Shown here one piece after another: positions 35,899-44,222 of a stretch of 64,000 nt of DNA; position 1 is the stretch's first letter, and every line of letters starts with the position of its first letter. The notes below the pieces were generated by a model, which was given only the letters and a program-made list of their open reading frames with translations, did not search any database and was not told where the DNA came from. Source of the DNA: a virus (lineage: Duplodnaviria; Caudoviricetes); IMG/VR virus record IMGVR_UViG_2687453619_000001, positions 11,484 to 75,483 of that record; one strand, written 5' to 3'. The position numbers and the translations under genes were made by a program.

Positions 35899-36255
35899 AT
35901 GGCAGAACCCAGCACCACCACCCTGGTCGTCACCAGTGCCGCCGGCATCGGCCTGTCAACGCTGTTCCCTGGCATTGACGGTAATGCGCTGATCGGCGCG
36001 TTCGCCGGCGCCACGCTGGTGGCGATCTCCAGCAAGAACCTGCCGGCCCTGCAACGCCTGGCGTATATGGTCATTTCCCTTGCCATCGGCTACCTGGCCG
36101 CGCCCGAGGCCATCAACAATACGCCGTTGAAGCAATCGGGTGTCGCCGCCTTCTTCGCGTCGGCGGCGGCCATTGCCCTGACGCTGCACGGCATCGATCT
36201 GATTAAAACCATTGAGCTGCCGGCCTGGCTGCGCAAGGGCGGTGACCATGACTAA
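35899..36255 (+). CDS. Holin/antiholin-type membrane protein
   Basis: MAEP..IGAFAGA, multiple TM helices, first in lysis cassette. Confidence 0.75.
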   Translation: MAEPSTTTLVVTSAAGIGLSTLFPGIDGNALIGAFAGATLVAISSKNLPALQRLAYMVISLAIGYLAAPEAINNTPLKQSGVAAFFASAAAIALTLHGIDLIKTIELPAWLRKGGDHD

Positions 36256-36514
36256 ATATCTGACCGTCCTGGCGTTGCTCTGTTACGCCAGCACCTGCCT
36301 GCGACTGCTGTGCTATCGGCGCGGCCTGGCGAATCACCGCTTGCATATCTCCCTGGTGGCCTGGTTTCTGATTGTCGCCACCGGCACTTCCGCCCTGGAG
36401 ATCCTGCTGGGCCACGGTCATCCCTCTTTCGGGCAGGCCGCCATCGCTTTGACTTTATGTGTCCTGGTGCATCGCGCCCAGGGTAACGTCGCCAACATCA
36501 TCAGAGGTATGTAA
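36248..36514 (+). CDS. Holin family protein
   Basis: Three hydrophobic segments, C-terminal RAQGNVA. Confidence 0.75.
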   Translation: MTKYLTVLALLCYASTCLRLLCYRRGLANHRLHISLVAWFLIVATGTSALEILLGHGHPSFGQAAIALTLCVLVHRAQGNVANIIRGM

Positions 36515-36978
36515 TGACCACCACAACAGCATTGACAGAGCATTTCACCCTGGAAGAATTCACGCGCAGCGACAAAGCGCGCTCCCTCTCTATCGATAAC
36601 GCGCCGGCGCCGGCCATCGTTGCCAACCTGCGGCGCTTGGCGAAGTTTAACGAGCTGGTGCGCCTGGAGCTGGGCGGCGCTGCCATGGTCATTTCCAGCG
36701 GCTACCGCTGCCTGGCACTGAACCGAGCGGTCGGCGGCGCCGGCAACAGCGCGCACCTGGACGGCCTGGCCTGCGACTTTACGGCGCCGGCATTCGGCAC
36801 ACCGATGGCGATCTGCCAGGCGCTGGATAAGTCATACCTGCAATTCGATCAGCTGATCTATGAGCGGGTCGGCGGCGCGGTATGGGTTCACCTGGGTATC
36901 GCGGTCGAAGGTAAAGCGCCGCGGCGCCAGGTGCTGACGATCGACAACCGCGGTACCCGGATCGGTCTATGGAGCTGA
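36514..36978 (+). CDS. Endolysin, peptidase M15 family
   Basis: HFTLEEF, SSGYRC..LN.AVGG, SAH..G.ACD, WVH. Confidence 0.92.
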   Translation: MTTTTALTEHFTLEEFTRSDKARSLSIDNAPAPAIVANLRRLAKFNELVRLELGGAAMVISSGYRCLALNRAVGGAGNSAHLDGLACDFTAPAFGTPMAICQALDKSYLQFDQLIYERVGGAVWVHLGIAVEGKAPRRQVLTIDNRGTRIGLWS

Positions 36979-37391
36979 TCGTCAAAAGTCTGATATCGGC
37001 CCTGTTTGTCGGTGCGCTGGGCCTGGTCATCTATGTGCAGCACAACGGCCTGAAAGCGGCGAAAGAGCGGGCAGAGCGTGCCGAACAGATCGCACGCGAC
37101 CGCGACGACACCATCAAGACCTTGACGGACGCGGCGGCCAGGGACAAGAAGGCCGCCGCGAAGCTACAAACCGCCCATGACCGGATCGCTACCACCCTCG
37201 CCGAGCGAGAAAACCTGATTGAAAGCCTGCAACATGAGAATCCCACGATACGCAGCTGGGCCGATACTCCTCTGCCTGACGCTATTGCCGGCCTGCGGCA
37301 GCATCCAGCCGCCACCGGCGCCGACGATTACCGTCAACGCCTGTCCAACAGTGACCCGCTGCCAACTGCCGGCGGCAGCGCCCAGGACTAA
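36969..37391 (+). CDS. lysB: i-spanin LysB
   Basis: N-terminal TM, coiled coil, WADTPLP. Confidence 0.88.
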   Translation: MELIVKSLISALFVGALGLVIYVQHNGLKAAKERAERAEQIARDRDDTIKTLTDAAARDKKAAAKLQTAHDRIATTLAERENLIESLQHENPTIRSWADTPLPDAIAGLRQHPAATGADDYRQRLSNSDPLPTAGGSAQD

Positions 37392-37512
37392 CGGCGCTAT
37401 GTTGCTCGACCTGGAGCGCGCAGAGGCGGCCTGGGGGATCTGTGCGGCCAAGGTGGACGCTATTGTCGATTGCCAGGAGGATGCCGAGCGTGTACAAGCC
37501 AAAAAGCCTTAG
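37234..37512 (+). CDS. lysC: o-spanin lipoprotein LysC
   Basis: Lipobox LLPAC, CP.VT.C.LP, CAAKVD; overlaps lysB. Confidence 0.88.
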   Translation: MRIPRYAAGPILLCLTLLPACGSIQPPPAPTITVNACPTVTRCQLPAAAPRTNGAMLLDLERAEAAWGICAAKVDAIVDCQEDAERVQAKKP

Positions 37513-37978
37513 GGCGCATCTCAAGGCCGCTATTGCGGATCTGACCCAGAACCCCGACAAGCTGCTGATATTCGCCGATGCCGGCAATACGGTTGCGACC
37601 GGGACGAAATCCCTGTCGTTTGAGTATAGGTATCAGCTCAACATCATTGTGACCGACTATAGCGGCGAACCCGACGCGATCATGGTGGCACTGCTGGCAT
37701 GGGTAGGGGTTCACCAGCGGGATCTGCTGGAGCATCCGGAGCTGCGCAAGACCGGTATCGGCTTTGATGTGGATTTCCACAATCATGAAACCGTTGATCT
37801 GTCGATCAAGCTGGCATTGACTGAGAGTGTAGTCGTCAAAGATGCCGGCGCTGGCCGGCTGGAGGTGCGACACCCTGGAGAACCTCAGTTGACGCCAGCC
37901 TATGCGAATGCTTTCTGGCAGGCTTATGCGGGTGATTCTCTCCTGGCGGAATGGCATACGCCGGCGGATCCGGTATGA
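37490..37978 (+). CDS. R: Tail completion protein gpR
   Basis: KP.SLRAHL, NPDKLLIF, SLSFEYRY; GTG start after AGGAGG. Confidence 0.92.
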   Translation: MYKPKSLRAHLKAAIADLTQNPDKLLIFADAGNTVATGTKSLSFEYRYQLNIIVTDYSGEPDAIMVALLAWVGVHQRDLLEHPELRKTGIGFDVDFHNHETVDLSIKLALTESVVVKDAGAGRLEVRHPGEPQLTPAYANAFWQAYAGDSLLAEWHTPADPV

Positions 37979-38439
37979 GCGGCAACTTACACGCCCTGGA
38001 GGCCTGGGCCAGCGCGCTGCTGGCCCAGCTCCAACCTGGTCAACGCCGGGTCGTCACGCGCAAAATCGCCCTGGACTTGCGCCGCAGCCAGGCGCAACGC
38101 ATCGCCAGCCAGCAGGCACCGGATGGTGCGACTTATCCGGCGCGGAAGAAGCGCAAGGATCTGCGAGGAAAAAAGGGAAGAATTAAGCGCCAGAAGACGG
38201 CAATGTTCGGGAAAATCCGCACGCAGCAATTCCTGAAAACCCAGCAGGACGAAAACCAGCTGGCGGTCGGATTCTTTGGGCGCGTGGCGCGAATCGCTCG
38301 TGTGCATCAGGACGGGCTGACGGACAAGATTGCAAAAAAAGGGCCGGAATATCATTATCCGGCCCGGCCATTACTTGGTTTTAGCGCGATTGACCAAGTA
38401 TTGATTCGAGATTCCCTGCTGCGTCATCTAGTGAAATAG
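37975..38439 (+). CDS. S: Virion morphogenesis protein gpS
   Basis: RIASQQAPDG, RIARVHQDG, YPARPLLG. Confidence 0.93.
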   Translation: MSGNLHALEAWASALLAQLQPGQRRVVTRKIALDLRRSQAQRIASQQAPDGATYPARKKRKDLRGKKGRIKRQKTAMFGKIRTQQFLKTQQDENQLAVGFFGRVARIARVHQDGLTDKIAKKGPEYHYPARPLLGFSAIDQVLIRDSLLRHLVK

Positions 38440-38534
38440 GCGCAGTATTCAATGGTGAAACACTTAACTTGAATGTGGAGTTCGGATCGGAGAAGACTAT
38501 AATCTTTCAAAATGTCAACTAATCGGGGGAAAGC

Positions 38535-39461
38535 ATGTCAGCGCTGGTTCTAGAACTGCAACGTGAGGCTTTGAACGCAACTGGTAGTGTGTCTAATCTA
38601 CTTCGCATGGCCTACACGGTAGCTCGTAAGCTTGATATTGCGGACTTTGAAGAGTGGATTGACTCTGAGCTAAATGGCTACAAGAGTGCTACCGCTATTC
38701 CTCCCTATCGCATGTTACGCGGGTCGCTAAGAGCACGGAATCCGTACAATGGCTGGATTCCCCTGTATGTTCAAAGTACAAAGGACGCTGAGCTTTTTTC
38801 AAAACGCTCTACTGGTCAATCTATTGGTGAGCTGGAAAGCCTGTTGTCAGGTGATAAAGGAAATTCCGGCGAGCTCATCGTGTATTTTTCGGCAGAAATG
38901 GAAAAAATGCTGATGGCGGGAATGTCAGGCCCAAGTATGCAACCGGCTCTCATGGTTATGAAGTCGCAAGTTAAAGGAATCATTGAAATTGTACGTAATA
39001 CTGTTTTGGAATGGTCGTTGAAACTGGAAAAAGCCGGGGTCTTGGGACAGGATATGACATTTTCTAGCGACGAAAAAGCGCGAGCTACTGCAGCTCCCAT
39101 TTCATATCAGGTTCAGAATCAGACCGTGATTCACAGCATGAATCAGTCACAGTTTCAACAGGGAACGACAGATTCCGTGCAGGCAATTGTGCAACAGCCG
39201 CTAGACGTGTCGGCAATCGCCGATATAGTTAAAGAGCTTCGAACTCATCTAGATTCATTCAACCTGGACAAAGCGACACACGAAGAGGTCCTAGCGGATA
39301 TTGCTACCATTGAAGCTCAACAAGGTTCCCCAAAGCCCCGAGCTGGGATTATTAAAGAAACGCTACGAAGCGTTCGCACAGTATTGGAAAGTACGATTAG
39401 CAATGCAGCAGGAACTGCATTGCCTGGTATTTTAGAGAAAATTGGGGGACTACTTTCATAA
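38535..39461 (+). CDS. AbiTii-domain protein
   Basis: LELQREAL..SNLLR.A..VARKL...WIDSELNGY N-terminal pattern; low GC. Confidence 0.75.
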   Translation: MSALVLELQREALNATGSVSNLLRMAYTVARKLDIADFEEWIDSELNGYKSATAIPPYRMLRGSLRARNPYNGWIPLYVQSTKDAELFSKRSTGQSIGELESLLSGDKGNSGELIVYFSAEMEKMLMAGMSGPSMQPALMVMKSQVKGIIEIVRNTVLEWSLKLEKAGVLGQDMTFSSDEKARATAAPISYQVQNQTVIHSMNQSQFQQGTTDSVQAIVQQPLDVSAIADIVKELRTHLDSFNLDKATHEEVLADIATIEAQQGSPKPRAGIIKETLRSVRTVLESTISNAAGTALPGILEKIGGLLS

Positions 39462-39554
39462 TCTGTCTCACTAACGATACTGTTTGGTCGAAATGATTGA
39501 AAGCTGAGCTGCATTTTCTATCGTTAGGATGGCCTTTACCAACAGGGGGAAGCT

Positions 39555-40292
39555 ATGTATTTTCATATCACGGGCACAAATGTGCGGTTGCTTGGTTCTG
39601 TGCATGTGTTTCCCCAAGCTAGACCGGATTTACCAACTTGGGTATCAGATGCATATGAATGGTCTGAATCTCTTGTCTTTGAATCAGACCCACCGACATT
39701 GCTACCCTTCTTTAAAGCGCAAGATGGCGTCGCGCTATCACAGAAGGTGCCCGCAAATATCTATGCTGAACTGGAAAAATTTTGGCCGCCTGAAGGTCCG
39801 CTTTCGCCTCTTAACGAATTGCAACCTTGGGCTGCAATGTTGGTCGCGTCAATGTTTCACATGCAAATGGCTGAGGGGGTAGATACCCGTTTTTTTCGAT
39901 CGGCGACCGAACAATCAAAGGCAATTCATTTTTTGGAAACGGCGCAGGATGTGGCGCTAGCATTTGGCTCGATTCCTTTAGTCGAGATACACGCAGGCCT
40001 TAAGGAGCTCGTTTCTGATTTATCTGAACCTCAACGCGTGTTTACGAACATGCACAATGCTTGGCTTACGCGTGATGTAGAAGCACTTTGGCTCGTTGCA
40101 AGTAAATTACCCATAATGAAATCTCAGGGAGCCCGGAACGCGGTGTTCGACTTTCGGAATCAAGCATGGGCACCTGTGATTCAACAGATGCTCGGAACTA
40201 CTAAACGGACTCTTGTCGTTGTGGGGGCGCTCCATCTATGTGGCCCTGGTAATCTTATCGACAGGCTTGGGCATAATGTTGAACAGGTTTAA
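39555..40292 (+). CDS. TraB/GumN (Tiki-like) family protein
   Basis: LLGSVH, GVD, LET, RNQAW, VVVGALHL.G motifs; no signal peptide. Confidence 0.8.
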   Translation: MYFHITGTNVRLLGSVHVFPQARPDLPTWVSDAYEWSESLVFESDPPTLLPFFKAQDGVALSQKVPANIYAELEKFWPPEGPLSPLNELQPWAAMLVASMFHMQMAEGVDTRFFRSATEQSKAIHFLETAQDVALAFGSIPLVEIHAGLKELVSDLSEPQRVFTNMHNAWLTRDVEALWLVASKLPIMKSQGARNAVFDFRNQAWAPVIQQMLGTTKRTLVVVGALHLCGPGNLIDRLGHNVEQV

Positions 40293-40321
40293 CCATTTGG
40301 ATGACCTCCTTGTAAGGAGCT

Positions 40322-40350
40322 AAAAAAAGGGACGCCAGTCGGCGTCCCTT
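40322..40350. terminator. Left copy of duplicated intrinsic terminator hairpin
   Basis: A7-GGGACGCC-AGTC-GGCGTCCC-TT. Confidence 0.8.
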
Positions 40351-41916
40351 CAGGTTGCTGACGAACCCACCATTTTTGGTGGGTTTTATTTTTTGTGGTG
40401 TGAGTTACTCTGCGAGACTAAAAAACAGGCGATCGGCAGAGGAAGGCGTCATGCAAGAGGAAATGGCGCATCAAGGTGTATATGCGGTCGAACTGGACGT
40501 TTAAAGAAGCTAAAAGCCGCGCCAGCAGCAGCGCGATCTTCTTCATATTCTGGCAAGCAGCTCCCAACAGGCACTGCTCCATGACTTTGCGTAGTCCGCG
40601 CATGCGGGCGTAACGATGGCAATGCAATTGCTTGGCGTCGGCAAAGCTGCGCTCTACCGTTTCCTTGCGCCGAGCATAAATACGCTTGCCCCATTCGGTA
40701 AGGCGCCTGGCGTTGACCGCTTCCTTGGCGCGCTCCCATACGTGCCGCACCACGACCTTCACGCCATTGGCGCTGTTGGTGCATTGTGTGCGCACAGGGC
40801 ATCGCTGGCAGACGGCCGCGTTCGATTTGTATTCGCGATAACCGATCCGGTTAGTCGTATTGTAGGGCAGCGCCTGACCTTGCGGACAGATGTACTCGTT
40901 GCGATACGCGTCATACTGGTATTGGCGTTTGTAGAAGGTCCCCGGTTTATGGTTGGGCGTGCGATACCCCATGATCCCGGCAATGCCGCGTTGTTCCAGT
41001 CCTTGGCATACCGCCGGCGTGAAGTAACCAGCATCCAGGCCCACCGCACTGACGGGAAAGCCAAAGTGGTGGCGTTGTCGGTCCAGTCGCCCCAGATACG
41101 GCACGCTGTCGTGTACCGACGCTGGCGTCGCATAGGTATCGGTGATGATGGCGTGCTTGGCGTCCACCGTACGGTGATCCAGGTAAAAGAACCCTTTCGG
41201 CTTGTCGTCACGCACCATGTAGCCGCTCTCAGGATCGGTGCGGCTGATCTTGATTTCCTTGGTCGGCGGCGTATCGTCGTCATCCCGCTTGAGCTGCTTC
41301 TTGCCATGCGCGGCACGGTCGGTATCCACAGCCGCATCGAGCTCGGCCAAATAGGTCGAGGGCGTTTGCTGCACTGTCACCACATCAAACTTACCCTTGT
41401 TGGCATTGGCCTTCAGGTGGGTGCTGTCGGTGTACAACACGCGGCCATCGACCATGCCTCGGCCCATCGCCTGGCGTACGATCTCATCGAAGATGGCCTG
41501 ATACACTGTGGTGTCGGTGAAGCGCCGACGCCGGTTCTGCGAGAACGTCGAGGCGTCCGGTACCTTGTCGGTGAGGCGGAAACCGGCAAACCAACGATAA
41601 GCCACGTTCACTTGTACTTCGCGCATCAACTGCCGCTCGCTGCGTACGCCAAACAGATAGCCAATGAACAACAGCTTGAATAGCACTACCGGATCGAGCG
41701 CCGGGCGGCCGTTATCGGCGCAGTACAGGTGCGCTACCTTCGCACGGATAAACTCAAAGTCGACCGCGGCAGCGATCTTGCGTAACAGATGATCACTGGG
41801 TACCAGACTCTCCAGTGTCACCATCTCCAGCTCGTGCTGGTACGGGGCAGGGATTTTTAGCATGCTCCCATTATAGAAAAAGCCTTCCAACTTCGGAAGG
41901 CTTTGTCAGCAACCTG
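40351..41916 (-). mobile_element. IS1182-family insertion sequence
   Basis: Terminal IR CAGGTTGCTGAC(G/A)AA; 24-bp flanking direct repeat. Confidence 0.9.
40418..41863 (-). CDS. IS1182-family transposase
   Basis: LVPSDHLLRKI, GRPALDP, TDSTHLKANA, LDAGY, RKETVERSFADAK. Confidence 0.93.
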   Translation of the reverse strand: MLKIPAPYQHELEMVTLESLVPSDHLLRKIAAAVDFEFIRAKVAHLYCADNGRPALDPVVLFKLLFIGYLFGVRSERQLMREVQVNVAYRWFAGFRLTDKVPDASTFSQNRRRRFTDTTVYQAIFDEIVRQAMGRGMVDGRVLYTDSTHLKANANKGKFDVVTVQQTPSTYLAELDAAVDTDRAAHGKKQLKRDDDDTPPTKEIKISRTDPESGYMVRDDKPKGFFYLDHRTVDAKHAIITDTYATPASVHDSVPYLGRLDRQRHHFGFPVSAVGLDAGYFTPAVCQGLEQRGIAGIMGYRTPNHKPGTFYKRQYQYDAYRNEYICPQGQALPYNTTNRIGYREYKSNAAVCQRCPVRTQCTNSANGVKVVVRHVWERAKEAVNARRLTEWGKRIYARRKETVERSFADAKQLHCHRYARMRGLRKVMEQCLLGAACQNMKKIALLLARLLASLNVQFDRIYTLMRHFLLHDAFLCRSPVF

Positions 41917-41945
41917 AAGGGACGCCAGTCGGCGTCCCTTTTTTT
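41917..41945. terminator. Right copy of duplicated intrinsic terminator hairpin
   Basis: AA-GGGACGCC-AGTC-GGCGTCCC-T7. Confidence 0.8.
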
Positions 41946-41963
41946 AGATTGATGCGGCGTACT

Positions 41964-42806
41964 CTACATTGATCTGATCAGGTGTTCAGCGATCCACTGC
42001 GCGACTTGCGGCACAACGGCGTTTCCGGCAGCATGAGTTTCTGCAAAGTTGGCCGCATCCAGTCCGCTGCAAAGCCCATGATCGTCAATCGTTCGCTGCC
42101 TGTGAGCCATCTGATCCCAGCCGTCGGCGGCAGCGATGAGGCCCGTACCGCTGATATTGATCTGCGCTGATGAACTCCCTGATAGAAGGGTAGGATATGC
42201 CCATGCGGCGATTTCGACGGGGTATTCTGCCGGGCGCGGCGGGCCTGAAAAAGTTCCCACTGGAGCGGCGTCAGCCAGCAGCTCAAAGGGAGGGTGTCTG
42301 CCAAGACCTGCGACCAAGAAAATTCTGCGGCGACGCGTGGGGACTCCGAAATATTGAGCATTAAGCACTCGCCAGCATCCCAGATACCCGCATTCGGCAA
42401 GGGCAGCGATGACTGTCTGGAAGTCTTCGCCATTGTTGCTATTGAGGAGCCCCGTGACGTTCTCAAGCACCAGCCATTGGGGCCGAAGCTCGTTGATGAT
42501 GCGGATGACCTCGAAGAAGAGGCCGGTGCGGCTACCGGCGAGTCCGCGGCGCTTACCCATGGCGCTGACGTCCTGGCAGGGGAATCCCCCGGTGATGACA
42601 TCGACCGGGCTGAGATTGGCCGCGCCGCAGAGCCGGACGTCGTTGTATTGCGTGGCTTGTGGAAAGCGGTCCCGGAGGACCGCCCTGCAGGTGGGGTCGA
42701 TTTCGACTTGCCATGAGGTGGTAAAGCCTGCTTGTTCAAATCCGAGATCGAATCCGCCGATGCCGGCGAACAGACTACCGATGGTTGGTTTTTGCTTGAC
42801 ATACAT
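41964..42806 (-). CDS. DNA cytosine-5 methyltransferase, alpha-like chain lacking motif IX
   Basis: LFAGIGG (I), GGFPCQD (IV), ENV (VI), TRRRRIF (VIII), GNAV (X); no motif IX in frame. Confidence 0.92.
   Translation of the reverse strand: MYVKQKPTIGSLFAGIGGFDLGFEQAGFTTSWQVEIDPTCRAVLRDRFPQATQYNDVRLCGAANLSPVDVITGGFPCQDVSAMGKRRGLAGSRTGLFFEVIRIINELRPQWLVLENVTGLLNSNNGEDFQTVIAALAECGYLGCWRVLNAQYFGVPTRRRRIFLVAGLGRHPPFELLADAAPVGTFSGPPRPAEYPVEIAAWAYPTLLSGSSSAQINISGTGLIAAADGWDQMAHRQRTIDDHGLCSGLDAANFAETHAAGNAVVPQVAQWIAEHLIRSM
41978..42802 (-). CDS. Alternative-frame MTase beta-like chain carrying motif IX (start uncertain: 42802 or internal, e.g. 42433)
   Basis: 274-codon open frame nested in the MTase; IRWLTGSERLTIMGFAADW at ~42059-42118. 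Confidence 0.7.
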   Translation of the reverse strand: MSSKNQPSVVCSPASADSISDLNKQALPPHGKSKSTPPAGRSSGTAFHKPRNTTTSGSAARPISARSMSSPGDSPARTSAPWVSAADSPVAAPASSSRSSASSTSFGPNGWCLRTSRGSSIATMAKTSRQSSLPLPNAGIWDAGECLMLNISESPRVAAEFSWSQVLADTLPLSCWLTPLQWELFQARRARQNTPSKSPHGHILPFYQGVHQRRSISAVRASSLPPTAGIRWLTGSERLTIMGFAADWMRPTLQKLMLPETPLCRKSRSGSLNT

Positions 42807-42963
42807 GAGAGCCCAATTGGTCAGATGCTCGATGGCATACTGGTGCGGGGCGCATGGCCCTCAAGTGATTTAGTGTGCCGCAACGTGGGCATTTGATGGA
42901 GAGGGCGATGTATTCACCCTCGCCGAGCTTACGAGAACAATTACCACAACGAATATCTTGCAT
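42775..42963 (-). CDS. com: Mu-like Com zinc-finger translational regulator
   Basis: DIRCGNCSRKL...IKCPRCGTLN; overlaps MTase start. Confidence 0.88.
   Translation of the reverse strand: MQDIRCGNCSRKLGEGEYIALSIKCPRCGTLNHLRAMRPAPVCHRASDQLGSHVCQAKTNHR
42824..42838 (-). promoter_or_regulatory. Putative Com-binding RNA site
   Basis: Minus strand ATGCCATCGAGCATC, 17 nt before MTase ATG. Confidence 0.6.
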
Positions 42964-42997
42964 CTAGGTATACCTGCATAAATATGCTAGGCTTCGG

Positions 42998-43102
42998 GCC
43001 GCCTGTGCACAGGTGGCGCGGCCCTGGGCCTTGCTTGCAGCCTCATCTGCAGGTACGGTGGTGTGGTCGGTGTTAGTAGCACTGACCGCGTCGCCGCGTC
43101 TT
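42998..43102 (+). ncRNA. Candidate structured RNA (copy 2)
   Basis: Same hairpins as 238-342 with pairing-preserving substitutions. Confidence 0.45.
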
Positions 43103-43145
43103 AACTCGTACTTTCTCACGCGCACGCGGCCTGCGAAACTGCGAC

Positions 43146-43172
43146 AGGGTTGATAAGCCGCTTATCAACCCT
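43146..43172. promoter_or_regulatory. Late-promoter dyad upstream of V
   Basis: AGGGTTGATAAG-CCG-CTTATCAACCCT. Confidence 0.7.
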
Positions 43173-43215
43173 CTGCCAGGTGCGCACAGATCTTCAACAC
43201 GGCAACATGCTCAGC

Positions 43216-43887
43216 ATGACTGCCGAACTCCCCGACTACTCCGAAAACGCACGACTGCTGCACAACCTGATTCGTTTGGGTACTGTTGCTCAGGTTGCGG
43301 GTGGCCGCGCCCGTGTGCGTCTGAGTCCCAAGCTGACAACAACCTGGTTGCGCTGGGTGACGCAACGTGCAGGCGACGCCCGCACCTGGTGGTCCCCATC
43401 GGTCGGGGAGCAGGTTGTTCTGTTGTCGCCTGGCGGCGATCTGACCGCCGGCGTCATTCTGCAGGCGGTCTATTCTGATGCGTTCCCTGCGCCTTCCGAC
43501 AATCCGGCCTTGCATTCGACGCATTACCCCGATGGTGCGGTTGTCCAATACGATTTTCAGGCGCACACCCTGAGCGCAACGCTACCGGACGGCACCAGCG
43601 TGACCGTCGCGCCCGGTAAAGTCACCTCGAACGCCGAAGATACGGAATGCACCGGCAACCTGCTGGTGCAAAAAAATCTGGTCGTCAATCAGAACCTGAC
43701 CGTCAACGGCATGTCGGCCTTGAATGCCGGCATGAACGTCCAGGCCGGCAGCAAAGGCGGTGCGGCGGCTGTGATCCAGGGGATCTTGCGCGCTACTGAA
43801 GACGTTATCGCCGGCGCCATCAGCCTAGTTAAACACCCGCACGGTGGCGTCAAAAAGGGCGAAGACGAATCAGGTGGTCCAAAATGA
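43216..43887 (+). CDS. V: Baseplate spike protein gpV
   Basis: Near-identical to 455-1126. Confidence 0.95.
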   Translation: MTAELPDYSENARLLHNLIRLGTVAQVAGGRARVRLSPKLTTTWLRWVTQRAGDARTWWSPSVGEQVVLLSPGGDLTAGVILQAVYSDAFPAPSDNPALHSTHYPDGAVVQYDFQAHTLSATLPDGTSVTVAPGKVTSNAEDTECTGNLLVQKNLVVNQNLTVNGMSALNAGMNVQAGSKGGAAAVIQGILRATEDVIAGAISLVKHPHGGVKKGEDESGGPK

Positions 43888-44222
43888 TGAACGCCCGTAC
43901 CGGCCGCGCCATGTCGCGCCTGGCCCATATCCGCCAGTCCCTGGCCGACATTCTCACCACCCCTATCGGTTCCCGCGTCATGCGCCGCACCTACGGCTCC
44001 GAAGTACCGGAGCTGATCGATCAGCCGCTGAACGGCGCCACGGTCCTGCGCATCTATGCCGCCACGGCTTATGCCGTGCTGCGCTGGGAGCAACGCATTG
44101 CCTTGATCGGCGTGCAATTGCAACGCGGCGCTGATGGACAAGCCACGCTGCTTCTGGACGGCGTCACCAATGAACAGAGTGTGCAATTGGCCGTGCCTGT
44201 TGGTTCGGGAGCGACGCTATGA
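43884..44222 (+). CDS. W: Baseplate wedge gpW
   Basis: Near-identical to 1123-1461. Confidence 0.95.
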   Translation: MMNARTGRAMSRLAHIRQSLADILTTPIGSRVMRRTYGSEVPELIDQPLNGATVLRIYAATAYAVLRWEQRIALIGVQLQRGADGQATLLLDGVTNEQSVQLAVPVGSGATL

